IMG/VR virus record: IMGVR_UViG_3300014613_000018
Coordinates: 32,001-96,000 of that record
Strand: one strand, 5' to 3'
DNA from: a virus
Length of the DNA: 64,000 nt
The notes below the pieces were generated by a model. It was given only the letters and a program-made list of their open reading frames with translations, searched no databases and had not been told where the DNA came from. Shown here piece by piece: positions 63,806 through 64,000 of this stretch. The translations under genes were made by a program, and so were the position numbers. Numbering within the stretch: position 1 is the stretch's first letter; the number at the start of each line of letters is the position of its first letter.

Positions 63806-64000
63806 TCATTCTCCACTTCTGTAAAATATGTGTCAATTGCACTGACTAAATCTAGCCCCTTTTGAAATAGCTGTTTTGCCACATGAAAATCTAAGGACAT
63901 TATTAGAGGATTTCCATTAGCATCTTCCGAGACCCAATCTGTTAAAATAATCGCACAAGCATCATTATCATAAGCTACACTTACACTTTCAACCACATGT

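Noticed and set aside
1-64000. Alternative genetic code
   Set aside because: TAA, TAG and TGA all end genes cleanly with coupled starts; long genes are intact; only one internal TGA was seen.

Overview
AT-rich segment of a large lytic tailed-phage (Caudoviricetes) genome using the standard genetic code. No CRISPR array, transposase, integrase or reverse transcriptase was seen. Layout: (1) 1-13.4 kb holds mostly + strand accessory genes: RlpA-like, FmdB zinc ribbon, NDT-like, two radical SAM proteins, HAD RNA-repair phosphatase and BtpA. (2) A 1.6 kb non-coding convergence zone carries a dif-like site. (3) 15-24 kb is a - strand array of small early genes, many with their own sigma70 promoter and stereotyped leader, including a beta clamp, punctuated by non-coding blocks with shared motifs. 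(4) Two GC-rich islands (~0.55-1.1 kb and ~24.6-26.9 kb) share gene-junction linkers but have different cores. (5) An RNA ligase, two tRNAs and an operon in which a radical SAM/SPASM-type enzyme is surrounded by four proteins sharing the N-terminal motif MK(I/T)RxxHVSNSS(T/S)SSF. (6) A packaging module (TerS?/TerL/portal/head protein) interleaved with a C5 methyltransferase and a PAPS-reductase-like gene. (7) Intein-containing NrdJ and a T4-like recombination cluster (Hjc, Rad50/Mre11, 5'-3' exonuclease, RecA, SSB, UvsY-like) that also contains a small histone-fold gene. Best candidates for new biology: the HVSNSS-leader/radical SAM operon, the linker-bounded cassettes, the histone-fold gene, an anti-Shine-Dalgarno small RNA and the dif-like site. 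All calls come from motif recognition by eye; no database search was run.
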